This document shows, piece by piece, positions 47,076 to 56,188 of a stretch of DNA of 64,000 bases. The notes under the pieces were generated by a model, which saw only the letters and a list, made by a program, of their open reading frames with translations, searched no databases and was not told the origin of the DNA. Origin of the DNA: Anaerolineae bacterium (GTDB lineage Bacteria; Chloroflexota; Anaerolineae; Anaerolineales; Villigracilaceae); assembly GCA_003130845.1 (NCBI GenBank), contig QEXW01000025.1, positions 1,962 through 65,961 on the forward strand. The letters run 5' to 3'. The first letter of the stretch is position 1; the number at the start of each line of letters is the position of its first letter. The translations under genes were made by a program, and so were the position numbers.

Positions 47076-48701
47076 ATGAGAGCCTCTGAAATTACGCGTC
47101 AAACGCGCGCGAACGAGCGTCGCTTTCGTCTGATGGCCTCTGTGTTGGTTGCGCTGATGTTGGCCTGTGCTGCGGCAACGGTTGTCACTTTTTTGACGCG
47201 CCTTGTCCCTGCCTGGCAGCCCTGGTATCTGGTGGGGGTGTGTTTGCTGGTTTCGCTCGATACCTTCTACAATCATAGTCGCTTCAAAGAAATAGATTTG
47301 TTCTCGCGGGAGTGGTTGATAGCGGTTGGCGCGCAGTTGATTCTGCTCTTCATTGGCTTGCGGGTGGTGATTGGGGGTTCGCACGGTCTCTCGACATTTT
47401 GGGGTGAAGTATCGGCTGGTTGGCGTGAGTTCCTTAATTCGTTTCTGAGCGTTGAATATTTTATTGGACTAGGGATGTGTATTCTGACCTGGTTGATTAG
47501 TTTGGGTTTTGCCGGTTTGTTCGAGGAAATGGGAATAGATGCTGAGTTGATTCGCCAAGAAGGGTATGCGGTTACTCCCGGCGAAAACCGCTCGCCGCGT
47601 GAACGCTTGCTTCATCTCGTTTTCAGCGTAGGCGCCATTTTGGTTCTTTTGACTGGGCTTTTGCGGCTCGATTTTCGCGCTGTGCAGGGTGGAATTTGGA
47701 AGGACGCTGTGTTGGATGTTCCCTCTTTTTCGAATGGCGGTCTCAGTACGCTCCTCTATTTCCTGCTGGGATTGGCGCTTTTTAGTCTGACGCACTGGAG
47801 TGACTTGAATAATCGTTGGAGCATCAATCGTATCCCCTCTCCGCCAGGCATGCTAGCCAGCTGGGCATTTTACAGTTTGCTCTTTTTGACGCTCCTGACT
47901 GCGTTGGTCAGTCTGCTTCCCACCACATATAGTTTGGGTTTCTTGGCTTCACTTGGCTATTTGCTGAACCTGGTCATTTATTTTTTGTTTCTTGTGGTCC
48001 AGTTCCTGGTTGCTTTGTTTTTACTGCTGATGGGGTTACTCTCGTTGTTGTTTGGCCAAGAACCACCGGTTGAGCAAGCGGAGTGGCCTGCGTTCCAGCC
48101 GGATAGGTTGCTGCCGGAAGTTGCTCCCTCGGTCGCAACTCCTGTGCCATGGGTAGAAGTGGCAAAGTCGTTTGTGTTTTGGGGCTTGTTTTTGTTTGTG
48201 TTGGTCTTTGCGCTGGTGCAGTACCTGAGGCTGCACGAGCAGGTGCTGCAGGTGATGCGCCAGCGACCTTCCTTGACCTGGTTGTTTGCTCTATGGGAGC
48301 GTTTGCGCTTTTTGTGGAAACGTGCGCAGAAAGAAGTTGGCCAAGCGGTGAAGGCTGGGTTGGAGCGCATTCGTCCGCGCCGTGAGCCAGGCTGGAGCAT
48401 GGGGGCGTGGTTGAGCCTGCGGAAATTGACGCCACGGCAAACGGTTTTTTTCTATTATCATGCGCTTTTGCGTCGCAGCAGTGAAAGCGGGTTAGCACGC
48501 CATCCATCGCAAACGCCAGCTGAGTTTGCTGTCCGCTTGGATTCGGCTTTACCCGAGGCTGAGCCTGATGTTGAAGCGCTCACCGGTGCCTTCATCGAAG
48601 CCCGCTATGCCCCGCAGCCAGTTCAACCCGAACAAGCCAGCCGTGCCAGGGAGATATGGGAGCATCTGCGCAAGTTGTTGCGTAAGAAGAAGACAGATTG
48701 A
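47076..48701 (+). CDS. polytopic membrane protein with C-terminal DUF4129 domain
   Basis: About 10 TM helices. The C-terminal TPAEFAVRLDSALPEAEPDVEALTGAFIEARYAPQP is typical of DUF4129. Confidence 0.65.
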   Translation: MRASEITRQTRANERRFRLMASVLVALMLACAAATVVTFLTRLVPAWQPWYLVGVCLLVSLDTFYNHSRFKEIDLFSREWLIAVGAQLILLFIGLRVVIGGSHGLSTFWGEVSAGWREFLNSFLSVEYFIGLGMCILTWLISLGFAGLFEEMGIDAELIRQEGYAVTPGENRSPRERLLHLVFSVGAILVLLTGLLRLDFRAVQGGIWKDAVLDVPSFSNGGLSTLLYFLLGLALFSLTHWSDLNNRWSINRIPSPPGMLASWAFYSLLFLTLLTALVSLLPTTYSLGFLASLGYLLNLVIYFLFLVVQFLVALFLLLMGLLSLLFGQEPPVEQAEWPAFQPDRLLPEVAPSVATPVPWVEVAKSFVFWGLFLFVLVFALVQYLRLHEQVLQVMRQRPSLTWLFALWERLRFLWKRAQKEVGQAVKAGLERIRPRREPGWSMGAWLSLRKLTPRQTVFFYYHALLRRSSESGLARHPSQTPAEFAVRLDSALPEAEPDVEALTGAFIEARYAPQPVQPEQASRAREIWEHLRKLLRKKKTD

Positions 48702-48704
48702 GTT

Positions 48705-49763
48705 TTATCGGCTTGCCATCTTTAGCAGGAAGTTTCGGATTTCACCGGCGGTTTGCTCCCATTTGGGTTGGCGGTGGTAGCGTTCTCGGGCATGGAGCGA
48801 CATGCGGGTCAGTAGGGTACGGTCTGTGGCTAGGGCATGTAGATGCGCTGCCAACGTCTGGGCATCTCCTGGCCGAATGAGAAAGCCGGTTTGCCCTGCT
48901 GTGATGATTTCGTGCGCTGCGCCGGCGGTTGTGCCGATGGCAGGCAGGCCAAACGCCATTCCTTCGAGATAGACAATTCCAAACCCTTCGTAAGAGGATG
49001 GCACGACCAGCACGTGCGCTTGGCTTAGTTTTTCTACTAAGGGAGCGTTGTTGAGCGAGCCATGAAACGTGACTTGTGAGGTCAGGCCGAGTTGAGCGGC
49101 TTTTTTCTGCATGGCGTGGGCGTAGGCTGCATCTACGCTGAGAGAGCCGACAATATCTAGGGTGAAAGAAGACAAAGAGGGGAGATGGGCGAGAGCATCG
49201 AGCAGGGTATGCACTCCTTTGCGAGGAATGAGGTTGCCAAGAAAGAGAATGCGCAAGGGGTGCTTTTGGGCGCGTTCGATGATTGCTTGTTCTGGTAATC
49301 CGGCTCCAAACCGGTCGGTGGGTGGGTAGGCGATGATACTGGGTTTTGCGTCGTCAATCCAAGGGCTGACGACGTTGCGTGTGGTCTGTGAATTGAAGAT
49401 GAAGCCATCTACCGAGCGCAGGTAGCGTACTTCGACCAAGCGGTAGAAAAAATTTTGCCAAGCAGGCCGCTGCTCGGAGCAGCGTAGGTGATGCACCAGG
49501 CTAATAATGGGGTAGGGGTGTTTGCCCTGATTGGCTGCGAGTAGGGAAGGGTGGTTCAGCTCGTCTTGAATCAGAATATCCAGGCCGGTTGGCAAGCGGA
49601 AGGTTAGGTTGTCGGTGAGGTGAGCGGCATAATTTCGCCAGGGGAGTGAAATAACTTCAACGATATCGCCTTGGCCGCGAAGATATTCGACCAATTGGCG
49701 GTCATAGAGATAACCACCGCTCAAAGTATCCAGCGAGCCGTAGATAATGAGGCCAATTTTCAT
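48705..49763 (-). CDS. family 4 (GT-B, group 1) glycosyltransferase
   Basis: SGGYLYD... N-domain. C-terminal VVPSSYEGFGIVYLEGMAFGLPAIGTTAGAAHEII is the E-x7-E region. The ATG overlaps the upstream stop (ATGA). Confidence 0.85.
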   Translation of the reverse strand: MKIGLIIYGSLDTLSGGYLYDRQLVEYLRGQGDIVEVISLPWRNYAAHLTDNLTFRLPTGLDILIQDELNHPSLLAANQGKHPYPIISLVHHLRCSEQRPAWQNFFYRLVEVRYLRSVDGFIFNSQTTRNVVSPWIDDAKPSIIAYPPTDRFGAGLPEQAIIERAQKHPLRILFLGNLIPRKGVHTLLDALAHLPSLSSFTLDIVGSLSVDAAYAHAMQKKAAQLGLTSQVTFHGSLNNAPLVEKLSQAHVLVVPSSYEGFGIVYLEGMAFGLPAIGTTAGAAHEIITAGQTGFLIRPGDAQTLAAHLHALATDRTLLTRMSLHARERYHRQPKWEQTAGEIRNFLLKMASR

Positions 49764-50137
49764 CGGTGAATTTGGTACGCGACCCAAGCAATCTCGTTTT
49801 CCCAGATGCGCACTGTGAGCGATGCGATGTTTGGGGCATGGATACGAGCATGGAGTTGCTCGGCGACCAGGCGCGCGAAATTTTCAATGGATGGATTCAG
49901 CCCGGCAAACTCTGGCAGGTCGTTGAGCATTTGTTCGCGATAGCGCGCTACGGTTTCATCCAGAAGACGCTCGATTTCCAGGATATCCACCAGGTAGCCG
50001 TGCTGGTCTAGGGTTGAGCCGCTGAGTTGTAATTCCAGCACGTAATGATGCGAGTTGGGAGCGTTTTCTGCGCCCCAATCACCGCCTATCAGGTAATGGC
50101 GGGCGATGAAATCACGTTTGACGGATAGGGTATACAT
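49760..50137 (-). CDS. 6-pyruvoyl-tetrahydropterin synthase/QueD (COG0720) family protein lacking any cysteine
   Basis: FIARHYL...SHHYVLELQLSG...GYLVDILEIE fits the T-fold PTPS pattern with His ligands. The 125-aa sequence contains no Cys. Confidence 0.7.
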   Translation of the reverse strand: MYTLSVKRDFIARHYLIGGDWGAENAPNSHHYVLELQLSGSTLDQHGYLVDILEIERLLDETVARYREQMLNDLPEFAGLNPSIENFARLVAEQLHARIHAPNIASLTVRIWENEIAWVAYQIHR

Positions 50138-50142
50138 AGGAG

Positions 50143-51162
50143 TTAGATGAGATTGGGTTCGAGTAGAATTTGGAGTGTTTGTTGTGGTTGTTTATCTAGC
50201 AATTGGTAGGCTTTGGCGGCTTGGGTCATAGGAAAGCGGTGTGTAATCCAGCGTTCAGGCTGAATTTTGCTTAGGATGTCCCAAACAATTGCAAAGCGGC
50301 GAGTTTTGTCCCAGCGCGCGCTTAGTTCGGGGCGAATGGTGCTGACTTGGCTGGAGAGGAGTTGTAGGCGGTTGCGATGAAATTTGCCGCCTAGGTATAG
50401 CTCTGCTGTTTTTTCTCCATACCACGAGCCAATGATAATCCGCCCGGAGAAGGTGGTGTGTTCGATGGCTGTATTGAGCGCCAGGGGTGAGCCGCTTACC
50501 TCCAGGGTCAGGTCAGCTCCGGATGGCAGAGCCTGTCGCAGCAGATCATTTAGATTGGGGTCGCTTGCATCGAGTGCGAAGGAGACGCCCAGGGCGCGTG
50601 AGGCAGCCCGGCGCAGGGGGTATAAATCGGTGGTGACCAGGGTTTCAAGTGGAAATTGCTGCAAAAGCGCTGTTACGAGCAGACCGATGATGCCTTGTCC
50701 TAACACCAGGACACGCTCGCCCAGCAGTGGCGCGGCATCTTGTACCAGGTTAACAGCGGTTTCGGCCTGCGGCAGAAAGCAAGCAGTCTCCGGTGAGATG
50801 TTTTCGGGCAAGGGAATGAGGGTTTGATAGGGTGTAACAAAGAACGAACAATGGGGCTGAAAGGCAAATACGAGACGACCCTTCCAATCGGCAGGTACCT
50901 GTGGTCCAACGTGCAATACTTGACCTACACAGGCATAGCCATAAGCGATGGGATATTGGAATGTCTCGTTCATGCCTGGGAAGCAGGCATCAATTGGCAC
51001 ATCTTTGGGGAACTGACCGCGATAGACGAGCATTTCGGTGCCGGGGCTGATGGCTGAGAATAAGGTTTGGACAAGAACTTCGCCTTCGCCGGGAAACGGC
51101 AAGGTATGTTCGATAATTTGAACGCGTCTAGGGGCAGTGAAAGTGAGGAGGTGAGTTTTCAT
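50143..51162 (-). CDS. medium-chain (zinc-type) alcohol dehydrogenase family oxidoreductase
   Basis: GEVLVQTLFSAISPGTE and a Rossmann VLVLGQGIIGLL. Confidence 0.75.
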   Translation of the reverse strand: MKTHLLTFTAPRRVQIIEHTLPFPGEGEVLVQTLFSAISPGTEMLVYRGQFPKDVPIDACFPGMNETFQYPIAYGYACVGQVLHVGPQVPADWKGRLVFAFQPHCSFFVTPYQTLIPLPENISPETACFLPQAETAVNLVQDAAPLLGERVLVLGQGIIGLLVTALLQQFPLETLVTTDLYPLRRAASRALGVSFALDASDPNLNDLLRQALPSGADLTLEVSGSPLALNTAIEHTTFSGRIIIGSWYGEKTAELYLGGKFHRNRLQLLSSQVSTIRPELSARWDKTRRFAIVWDILSKIQPERWITHRFPMTQAAKAYQLLDKQPQQTLQILLEPNLI

Positions 51163-51171
51163 TGGTCTGAA

Positions 51172-52182
51172 TTATTTGTTGAACGCTGCAATCAATAGTC
51201 CTAAACCACCTAGCAGCAGGTCGCGGGCGCGCATAAGCAGGCTCAGACTAATGCCGAGCGCGGCAGGCAAGCCGAAAGCGCTGGCCGCAAGCACTTGGCT
51301 GGCTTCAAGTGCTCCTAAGCCGGCGGGCAGGGGAGCGAGAAAGGATAGGCGTACGATGGTGAGAGAGGCCAATGCTTGCTCAAAGGTCAATTGGGCTTGA
51401 AAACAGGTGAGCATGTATAGATATTCATATACCATGCCAACCCAAACCAGAAGAGAAGCGCTTAGCGAGAGCAAGAGATAGCCGAAATGGCGGCGGCAAA
51501 AGGTTCCGGCAAGGTGTTCACTCAAGGCGATGAGCCGCGCGATATTGAGCAGATTCATCCACCAAGTGTTGGGAGGCTGGGCGGTGTTTTTTATGGCTAT
51601 ATGTCGTATGCGTACGAGGGGGGCCAGTAAGGCGCTGAGAGGATGTTTGTTGAAGTACATCAACAGGATATGTGCTAATGGCCAGACTAGGAGTAGGATA
51701 AGCGGTAGGCTTATCCAAGGCGGAGGGGTATAGCGCGTAAGGATACCAGAGCGCGCAATTGCCAAAAAACCAATGCCGAGAAAGAGAAAGTTTGCCAAGA
51801 ATTCGAGCAGCTTGTCCATGATGACAGCGGATGTAGCGCGTGCAAATGACAAGCGATATTGCTTTTGCAGGTATACAATTTGCAAAGGTTCACCGCCCAC
51901 TTGGGGGCCGGGTGTGAAGTAGCTTAAACCAAATGCTGCGAGTCGGTAGCCAATCAATGGCCCAAACGGTATGTGCCGGCTTTCGGCGCGCAGGATAAGC
52001 CACCAGCGCGCGGTGATAAGCAGAAAGATGATGCCGTTGAGTGCCACCAGCCAAATGAGTTGTGTTGCATCGAGTTTGCCCAAGAGAGTTATGATGTCTG
52101 GAAGTGGTGCATTGCGCAAGGCCCAATAGAATAAGCCGCTGAGTAACGCAATAAATAAGCCGCGCCCGAGCCATTTTTTCAT
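51172..52182 (-). CDS. flippase-like membrane protein (LPG-synthase TM / UPF0104 family)
   Basis: Polytopic. ...RWWLILR...YRLAAFGLSYFTPGPQVGGEPLQIVYL is typical of PF03706. The ATG 52182 overlaps the upstream stop (ATGA). Confidence 0.65.
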   Translation of the reverse strand: MKKWLGRGLFIALLSGLFYWALRNAPLPDIITLLGKLDATQLIWLVALNGIIFLLITARWWLILRAESRHIPFGPLIGYRLAAFGLSYFTPGPQVGGEPLQIVYLQKQYRLSFARATSAVIMDKLLEFLANFLFLGIGFLAIARSGILTRYTPPPWISLPLILLLVWPLAHILLMYFNKHPLSALLAPLVRIRHIAIKNTAQPPNTWWMNLLNIARLIALSEHLAGTFCRRHFGYLLLSLSASLLVWVGMVYEYLYMLTCFQAQLTFEQALASLTIVRLSFLAPLPAGLGALEASQVLAASAFGLPAALGISLSLLMRARDLLLGGLGLLIAAFNK

Positions 52183-53096
52183 TCGATGGCTCCAATGGAT
52201 TGCGGCGCTGAAAGTCCATTCCACCCTTTCTGCCGATTTTGGCTTAGGTGTATGAGTTCTTTCATTGTTTGCAGCACGTGTAGATGCACAGCAGCGATGT
52301 CGGATGGGTTGTCTTTTTTCTGTTCTAAGGGTGCGCCGAAATGCACCGATACTTTTAATGGACGTTGATTAAACATGACGTGCATTAGCAGCTGAAAGGC
52401 GGCCCCTAGTCGTTCTCGTTCTTCTCGATTCTTCTTAATTCGCGTTAGGGGGTGTTTGACTGCTTTTTCCCACAAAACGCCTCGCACAAAGGTTGGGATA
52501 ACTTGGGTCGCCGGTGCGAAGCGCAGAAAAAGTCCCGCCGATTCGCTCCAGCCTTCTAGGGCTTCCAGTGCGCCGGGGTACACATCGGCATCTGGTTCAA
52601 TTTTGCCCGCTGGAAAGGTGAGCGCTGCGCCGCCCGCTTTTAGGTGGGCAGCGGCTTGCCGTACAGCGGACATGCGCCGTGCCGGGTCATCGCTGACAAA
52701 AATCAATTGTGGCGTGATGTTTTTGAGAGATTGCAGAAACGGCCGTTCGGTGGCGATGATTTTTAGGTCGGGGCGACGAATGGCAATGAACAGCGCCAGG
52801 GTATCTACCATGCCGGGATGGTTGGATAGGAACAGCGCTGGCCCTGTGGCAGGGATGTGTTCTGCACCATAGATGGTCAGCGATTGTGCATAACGATAGA
52901 ATAGTTCTTGGGCTGCCTGTGCTAACCCGCGTACAGCCACCATGTCATCGAAAGCGAGCATCTGGCGGGCAAATTTTTCTGCTGGGCCGCGAAAGACTGC
53001 CCGTAACACGGCAGCCCGTAGACGGGTGTTTTGCCAGCCAAAGGAAACGACCAAGTCATCTAAGTTGATGCGGGTTAGTGCAGAGAGCGAGTCCAT
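52179..53096 (-). CDS. PlsC-type lysophospholipid/glycerol-3-phosphate acyltransferase family protein
   Basis: NHPGMVD (HxxxxD variant) and FPAGKIEPD motifs. Confidence 0.7.
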   Translation of the reverse strand: MDSLSALTRINLDDLVVSFGWQNTRLRAAVLRAVFRGPAEKFARQMLAFDDMVAVRGLAQAAQELFYRYAQSLTIYGAEHIPATGPALFLSNHPGMVDTLALFIAIRRPDLKIIATERPFLQSLKNITPQLIFVSDDPARRMSAVRQAAAHLKAGGAALTFPAGKIEPDADVYPGALEALEGWSESAGLFLRFAPATQVIPTFVRGVLWEKAVKHPLTRIKKNREERERLGAAFQLLMHVMFNQRPLKVSVHFGAPLEQKKDNPSDIAAVHLHVLQTMKELIHLSQNRQKGWNGLSAPQSIGAIE

Positions 53097-53109
53097 AGAC
53101 CAAAGCAGG

Positions 53110-53988
53110 TCAGGGTTGTTGTAGCACTTGGGCTACGCTGCGGATATGCTCGGGGCTAGAGCCGCAACATCCCCCAAAGATTTTGACCCCTTGTTGGGCA
53201 AATTTTTGTGCGTATTCGGCCATCACTTCAGGGGTTACGTCGTACACCAGTTCCGCGCCGCTGGTGTGGGGTAGGCCTGCGTTCGGTTTTGCCATGAGTA
53301 GGGCCTCTGGCACGGCGGCGCGCATCTGTTCGATGGCGGTGAGCGTTTCGGAGAGCGTTCGACCGCAATTGGCGCCGATGGCTGTTACTCCCAAGGCCCA
53401 GATTTCTTTTGCTACCTTTTCCGGTTTGGTGCCCATCATTGTGCGACCGTGGGTGTCAAAACTGAAGGTGACTAGGATGGGGATTTCGGCATTGACCTGC
53501 CGCACTCCCTCGATGGCGGCTTTGGCCTCGTTGATGTCGCTCATGGTTTCAATCAGGATGGCATCTACTCCGCCCGAAATCAACCCGGCAGCCTGTTCGG
53601 CAAAGCCTGCTACGGCTTCTTCATACGTCAATTTTCCGAGCGGTTTGAGCAGTTCACCGCTGGGGCCAATATCGCCAAAGACCAGGGCTGCCTCACCGGT
53701 TACTTCGCGTGCTAGGCGAGCGGCGGCTTCATTAACTTGATGTACTTGCCCTTCAAGGCCATGCCGCGCTAGGCGAAAGCGATTGCCGCCAAAGGTGTTG
53801 GTTAGCACGATGTTCGCGCCGGCTTCGATGTAGTTGCGATGTAGCGCGCGAACGGCATCGGGATTCTCTAAATTCCAGCGTTCGGGGGAATCACCCGGTT
53901 TTAGACCCGCTTTTTGTAACTGCGTGCCGGTGGCGCCATCGGCGACTAGAGTGCCTGGCTTAGCCAGCCATTCGGTCAGTTTTGACAT
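53110..53988 (-). CDS. homocysteine S-methyltransferase domain protein
   Basis: VADGATGTQLQ..., NTFGGN, and C-terminal GGCCGSSPEHI (zinc-binding Cys pair). Confidence 0.85.
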   Translation of the reverse strand: MSKLTEWLAKPGTLVADGATGTQLQKAGLKPGDSPERWNLENPDAVRALHRNYIEAGANIVLTNTFGGNRFRLARHGLEGQVHQVNEAAARLAREVTGEAALVFGDIGPSGELLKPLGKLTYEEAVAGFAEQAAGLISGGVDAILIETMSDINEAKAAIEGVRQVNAEIPILVTFSFDTHGRTMMGTKPEKVAKEIWALGVTAIGANCGRTLSETLTAIEQMRAAVPEALLMAKPNAGLPHTSGAELVYDVTPEVMAEYAQKFAQQGVKIFGGCCGSSPEHIRSVAQVLQQP

Positions 53989-54063
53989 CGCTTCCTCCAG
54001 AATCTTGATGTGGGAGTGCCATATACGTTCAATTATACATCTTGGCTTCTTTCAAAAATGTTT

Positions 54064-54092
54064 TTGACCCAGCAGGTTGTCTCCAGTAAAAT
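54064..54092 (+). promoter_or_regulatory. TTGACC-N17-TAAAAT promoter ending 6 nt before ATG 54099 (leaderless geometry)
   Basis: Hexamers at 54064-54069 and 54087-54092, then TAAAGC-ATG. Confidence 0.5.
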
Positions 54093-54098
54093 TAAAGC

Positions 54099-55514
54099 AT
54101 GCCGTTTGCTCGCTCTGCTCAACCCGAAAGCCTGCGCGCTCTCTCCAATCTGTCGTTTACGCCTTTTTGGCTGGATGACCCCGCCCGGCCCGACCCCACC
54201 GATCCGCTCACCCGGCATGTCACGGCCGACCTGGCTGTTGTGGGGGCCGGCTTTACCGGTTTGTGGACGGCGTTGCTGGCCAAAGAGTCTCATCCCGATT
54301 GGGATGTGGTTTTGCTGGAACGGGAGACGACTGCCTGTGCGGCCAGTGGACGGAATGGCGGGTTTGTCTCTGCCTCGCTCACGCACGGCTTCGAGAACGG
54401 TCTGGCGCGTTGGCCGCAAGATATGCCTCGGCTGGTTGCTCTTGGTCACCGCAACTTGGATGAAATGGAGGCCGACCTGAAGCGCTGGGACATTGCTTGC
54501 GATTGGATTCGCTCTGGTGAATTGCATGTGGCGACCGAGCCGTATCAGGTGGAGGAACTTCGTCAGGCGGTGGAAGCAGGCCGCCGGGTGGGGGAAGATG
54601 TGGAATGGTTGGATGCGGAACAGGCGCGCAGGCGGGTCTGTTCTCCAACGTATTTGGGTGCGTATCTCGACCGCAATGTGGCGATGGTCAATCCGGCGCA
54701 GATGGCCTGGGGTTTGCGCGCGGCTTGTCTACGGATGGGTGTGAGACTCTACGAGCAGACGCCCGTGCTTTCGATGCGCGCCGAAAAAACGACTGTCCGC
54801 TTGCATACGCCGCATGGCGATGTGTTGGCCGCGCGGGTGGCGCTGGCAACCAATGCGTTTCCGCCACTGCTTAGGCGACTCTCGCTTTATATCGTGCCGG
54901 TCTATGATTATGTCTTGGTCAGCGAGCCGCTTTCGGCGGCGCAATGGCAGGAGGTTGGGTGGCAGGACCGCGAGGGGGTGGGCGATTCGGGCAATCAGTT
55001 TCACTATTATCGCCGCACTGCCGATGGGCGCATTTTGTGGGGTGGTTATGATGCTATTTATTACCCCAATAACGGCGTGGGAGCGCAGTTCGAGGTCAAT
55101 CACGAATCGTTTGGGCGGCTGGCCGAACATTTCTTTCAGACTTTTCCGCAATTGCGGGGGTTGCGCTTTACACATGCTTGGGGCGGTGTGATTGATACTT
55201 GTTCGCGCTTTAGCGCTTTTTGGGGCACGGCGCTTGGGGGGCGCGTTGCCTATTGCATGGGCTACACCGGTCTGGGGGTGGGTGCTGCACGCTTTGGCGC
55301 GCAGGTGTTGTTGGATTTGCTGGAACGCCATGAGACGGAACGTACCCGTTTGACGATGACGCGCCAGAAGCCGATTCCTTTCCCGCCAGAGCCGTTTCGC
55401 TCTTGGGTGATTCACCTAACCCGCGCTTCGCTCGACCAGGCCGACCGTAACGAGGGCCGCCGCAATGCCTGGCTGAAACTGCTCGATGCGCTGGGCCTGG
55501 GGTTTGATTCCTGA
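54099..55514 (+). CDS. FAD-dependent oxidoreductase (DAO family)
   Basis: Dinucleotide fold DLAVVGAGFTGLWTALLAKE and ASGRNGGF. Confidence 0.8.
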   Translation: MPFARSAQPESLRALSNLSFTPFWLDDPARPDPTDPLTRHVTADLAVVGAGFTGLWTALLAKESHPDWDVVLLERETTACAASGRNGGFVSASLTHGFENGLARWPQDMPRLVALGHRNLDEMEADLKRWDIACDWIRSGELHVATEPYQVEELRQAVEAGRRVGEDVEWLDAEQARRRVCSPTYLGAYLDRNVAMVNPAQMAWGLRAACLRMGVRLYEQTPVLSMRAEKTTVRLHTPHGDVLAARVALATNAFPPLLRRLSLYIVPVYDYVLVSEPLSAAQWQEVGWQDREGVGDSGNQFHYYRRTADGRILWGGYDAIYYPNNGVGAQFEVNHESFGRLAEHFFQTFPQLRGLRFTHAWGGVIDTCSRFSAFWGTALGGRVAYCMGYTGLGVGAARFGAQVLLDLLERHETERTRLTMTRQKPIPFPPEPFRSWVIHLTRASLDQADRNEGRRNAWLKLLDALGLGFDS

Positions 55515-55572
55515 CCATTGACGGCTATGTTACAATTATGATGTGTTTGGTCTGCTTTCAGGAGAGAATGCG

Positions 55573-55875
55573 ATGAATGTTAATTTTTATGCTACTCTGC
55601 GGCTGATTACCGGCAAGAAGACCGTTTCGCTTGACCATTTGCCCGACGGGGTGACCGTGCGCGAGGTGTTGGAGGAGTGTTTTAAACTGTATCCGGCGTT
55701 GCGGGCCGAGTTGATGAAAAATGACCAGGAAATGCTGGGGCATGTACATTTTTTCGTCAATGGGCGCGATGTGCCGTATTTGCCGGATGTGCTCGAGACG
55801 CGTATTTCACGCAGCGATAAGCTGGATGTCTTCCCGGCTGTGGGAGGGGGCAGCGGATGGGGCAACGGATGGTGA
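55573..55875 (+). CDS. MoaD/ThiS-family ubiquitin-like sulfur-carrier protein with a 7-aa extension after the Gly-Gly
   Basis: DKLDVFPAVGGG aligns with the MoaD C-terminus (..FPPVTGG). It continues SGWGNGW-stop, encoded by the first units of the tandem repeat. AGGAGA lies before ATG 55573. Confidence 0.7.
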   Translation: MNVNFYATLRLITGKKTVSLDHLPDGVTVREVLEECFKLYPALRAELMKNDQEMLGHVHFFVNGRDVPYLPDVLETRISRSDKLDVFPAVGGGSGWGNGW

Positions 55876-56188
55876 AGCGGATAAGCGGATGTGGGCAGCG
55901 GATGGTGAAGCGGATAAACGGATGTGGGTAGCGGATGGGGAAGCGGATGGTGAAGCGGACAAGCGGATGTGGGCAGCGGATGGGGCAACGGATGGTGAAG
56001 CGGACAAGCGGATGTGGGCAGCGGATGGGGCAACGGATGGTGAAGCGGATAAACGGATGTGGGCAGCGGATGGTGAAGCGGATAAACGGATGTGGGCAGC
56101 GGATGAGGAAACGGATAAGCGGATGGTGAAGCGGATAAGCGGCTAACTGGCTAACCGGCTAACCGGACAACTGGATAACTGGATAACT
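55854..56188. repeat. hierarchical tandem repeat: about 26 subunits (CGGATGTGGGCAG / CGGATGGGGCAA / CGGATGGTGAAG / CGGAYAAR) forming 45- and 33-bp units, then 6 x 8-bp GGMTAACY
   Basis: Read directly. 18 copies of CGGATG lie in 55854-56130. The 8-mers span 56141-56188 and end 6 nt before ATG 56195. Confidence 0.9.

Noticed and set aside
55587-56146. Long ORFs running through the tandem repeat: 55721-56146 (+), 55935-56129 (+) and 55587-56033 (-), encoding ADGEADKRMWA-, GQRMVKR- and HPLPTSA-type repeats.
   Set aside because: They overlap the well-supported MoaD-like CDS out of frame or antisense. They have no RBS or promoter context and are pure low-complexity translations of the repeat. Because the 33/45-bp periods are multiples of 3, a cryptic repeat protein is not fully excluded, so this is mentioned under findings instead.
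55854-56188. Possible CRISPR array, because of the regular short repeats.
   Set aside because: The units are 8-13 bp and directly abut each other with no unique spacers. No cas genes or leader are present. This is a tandem satellite, not CRISPR.
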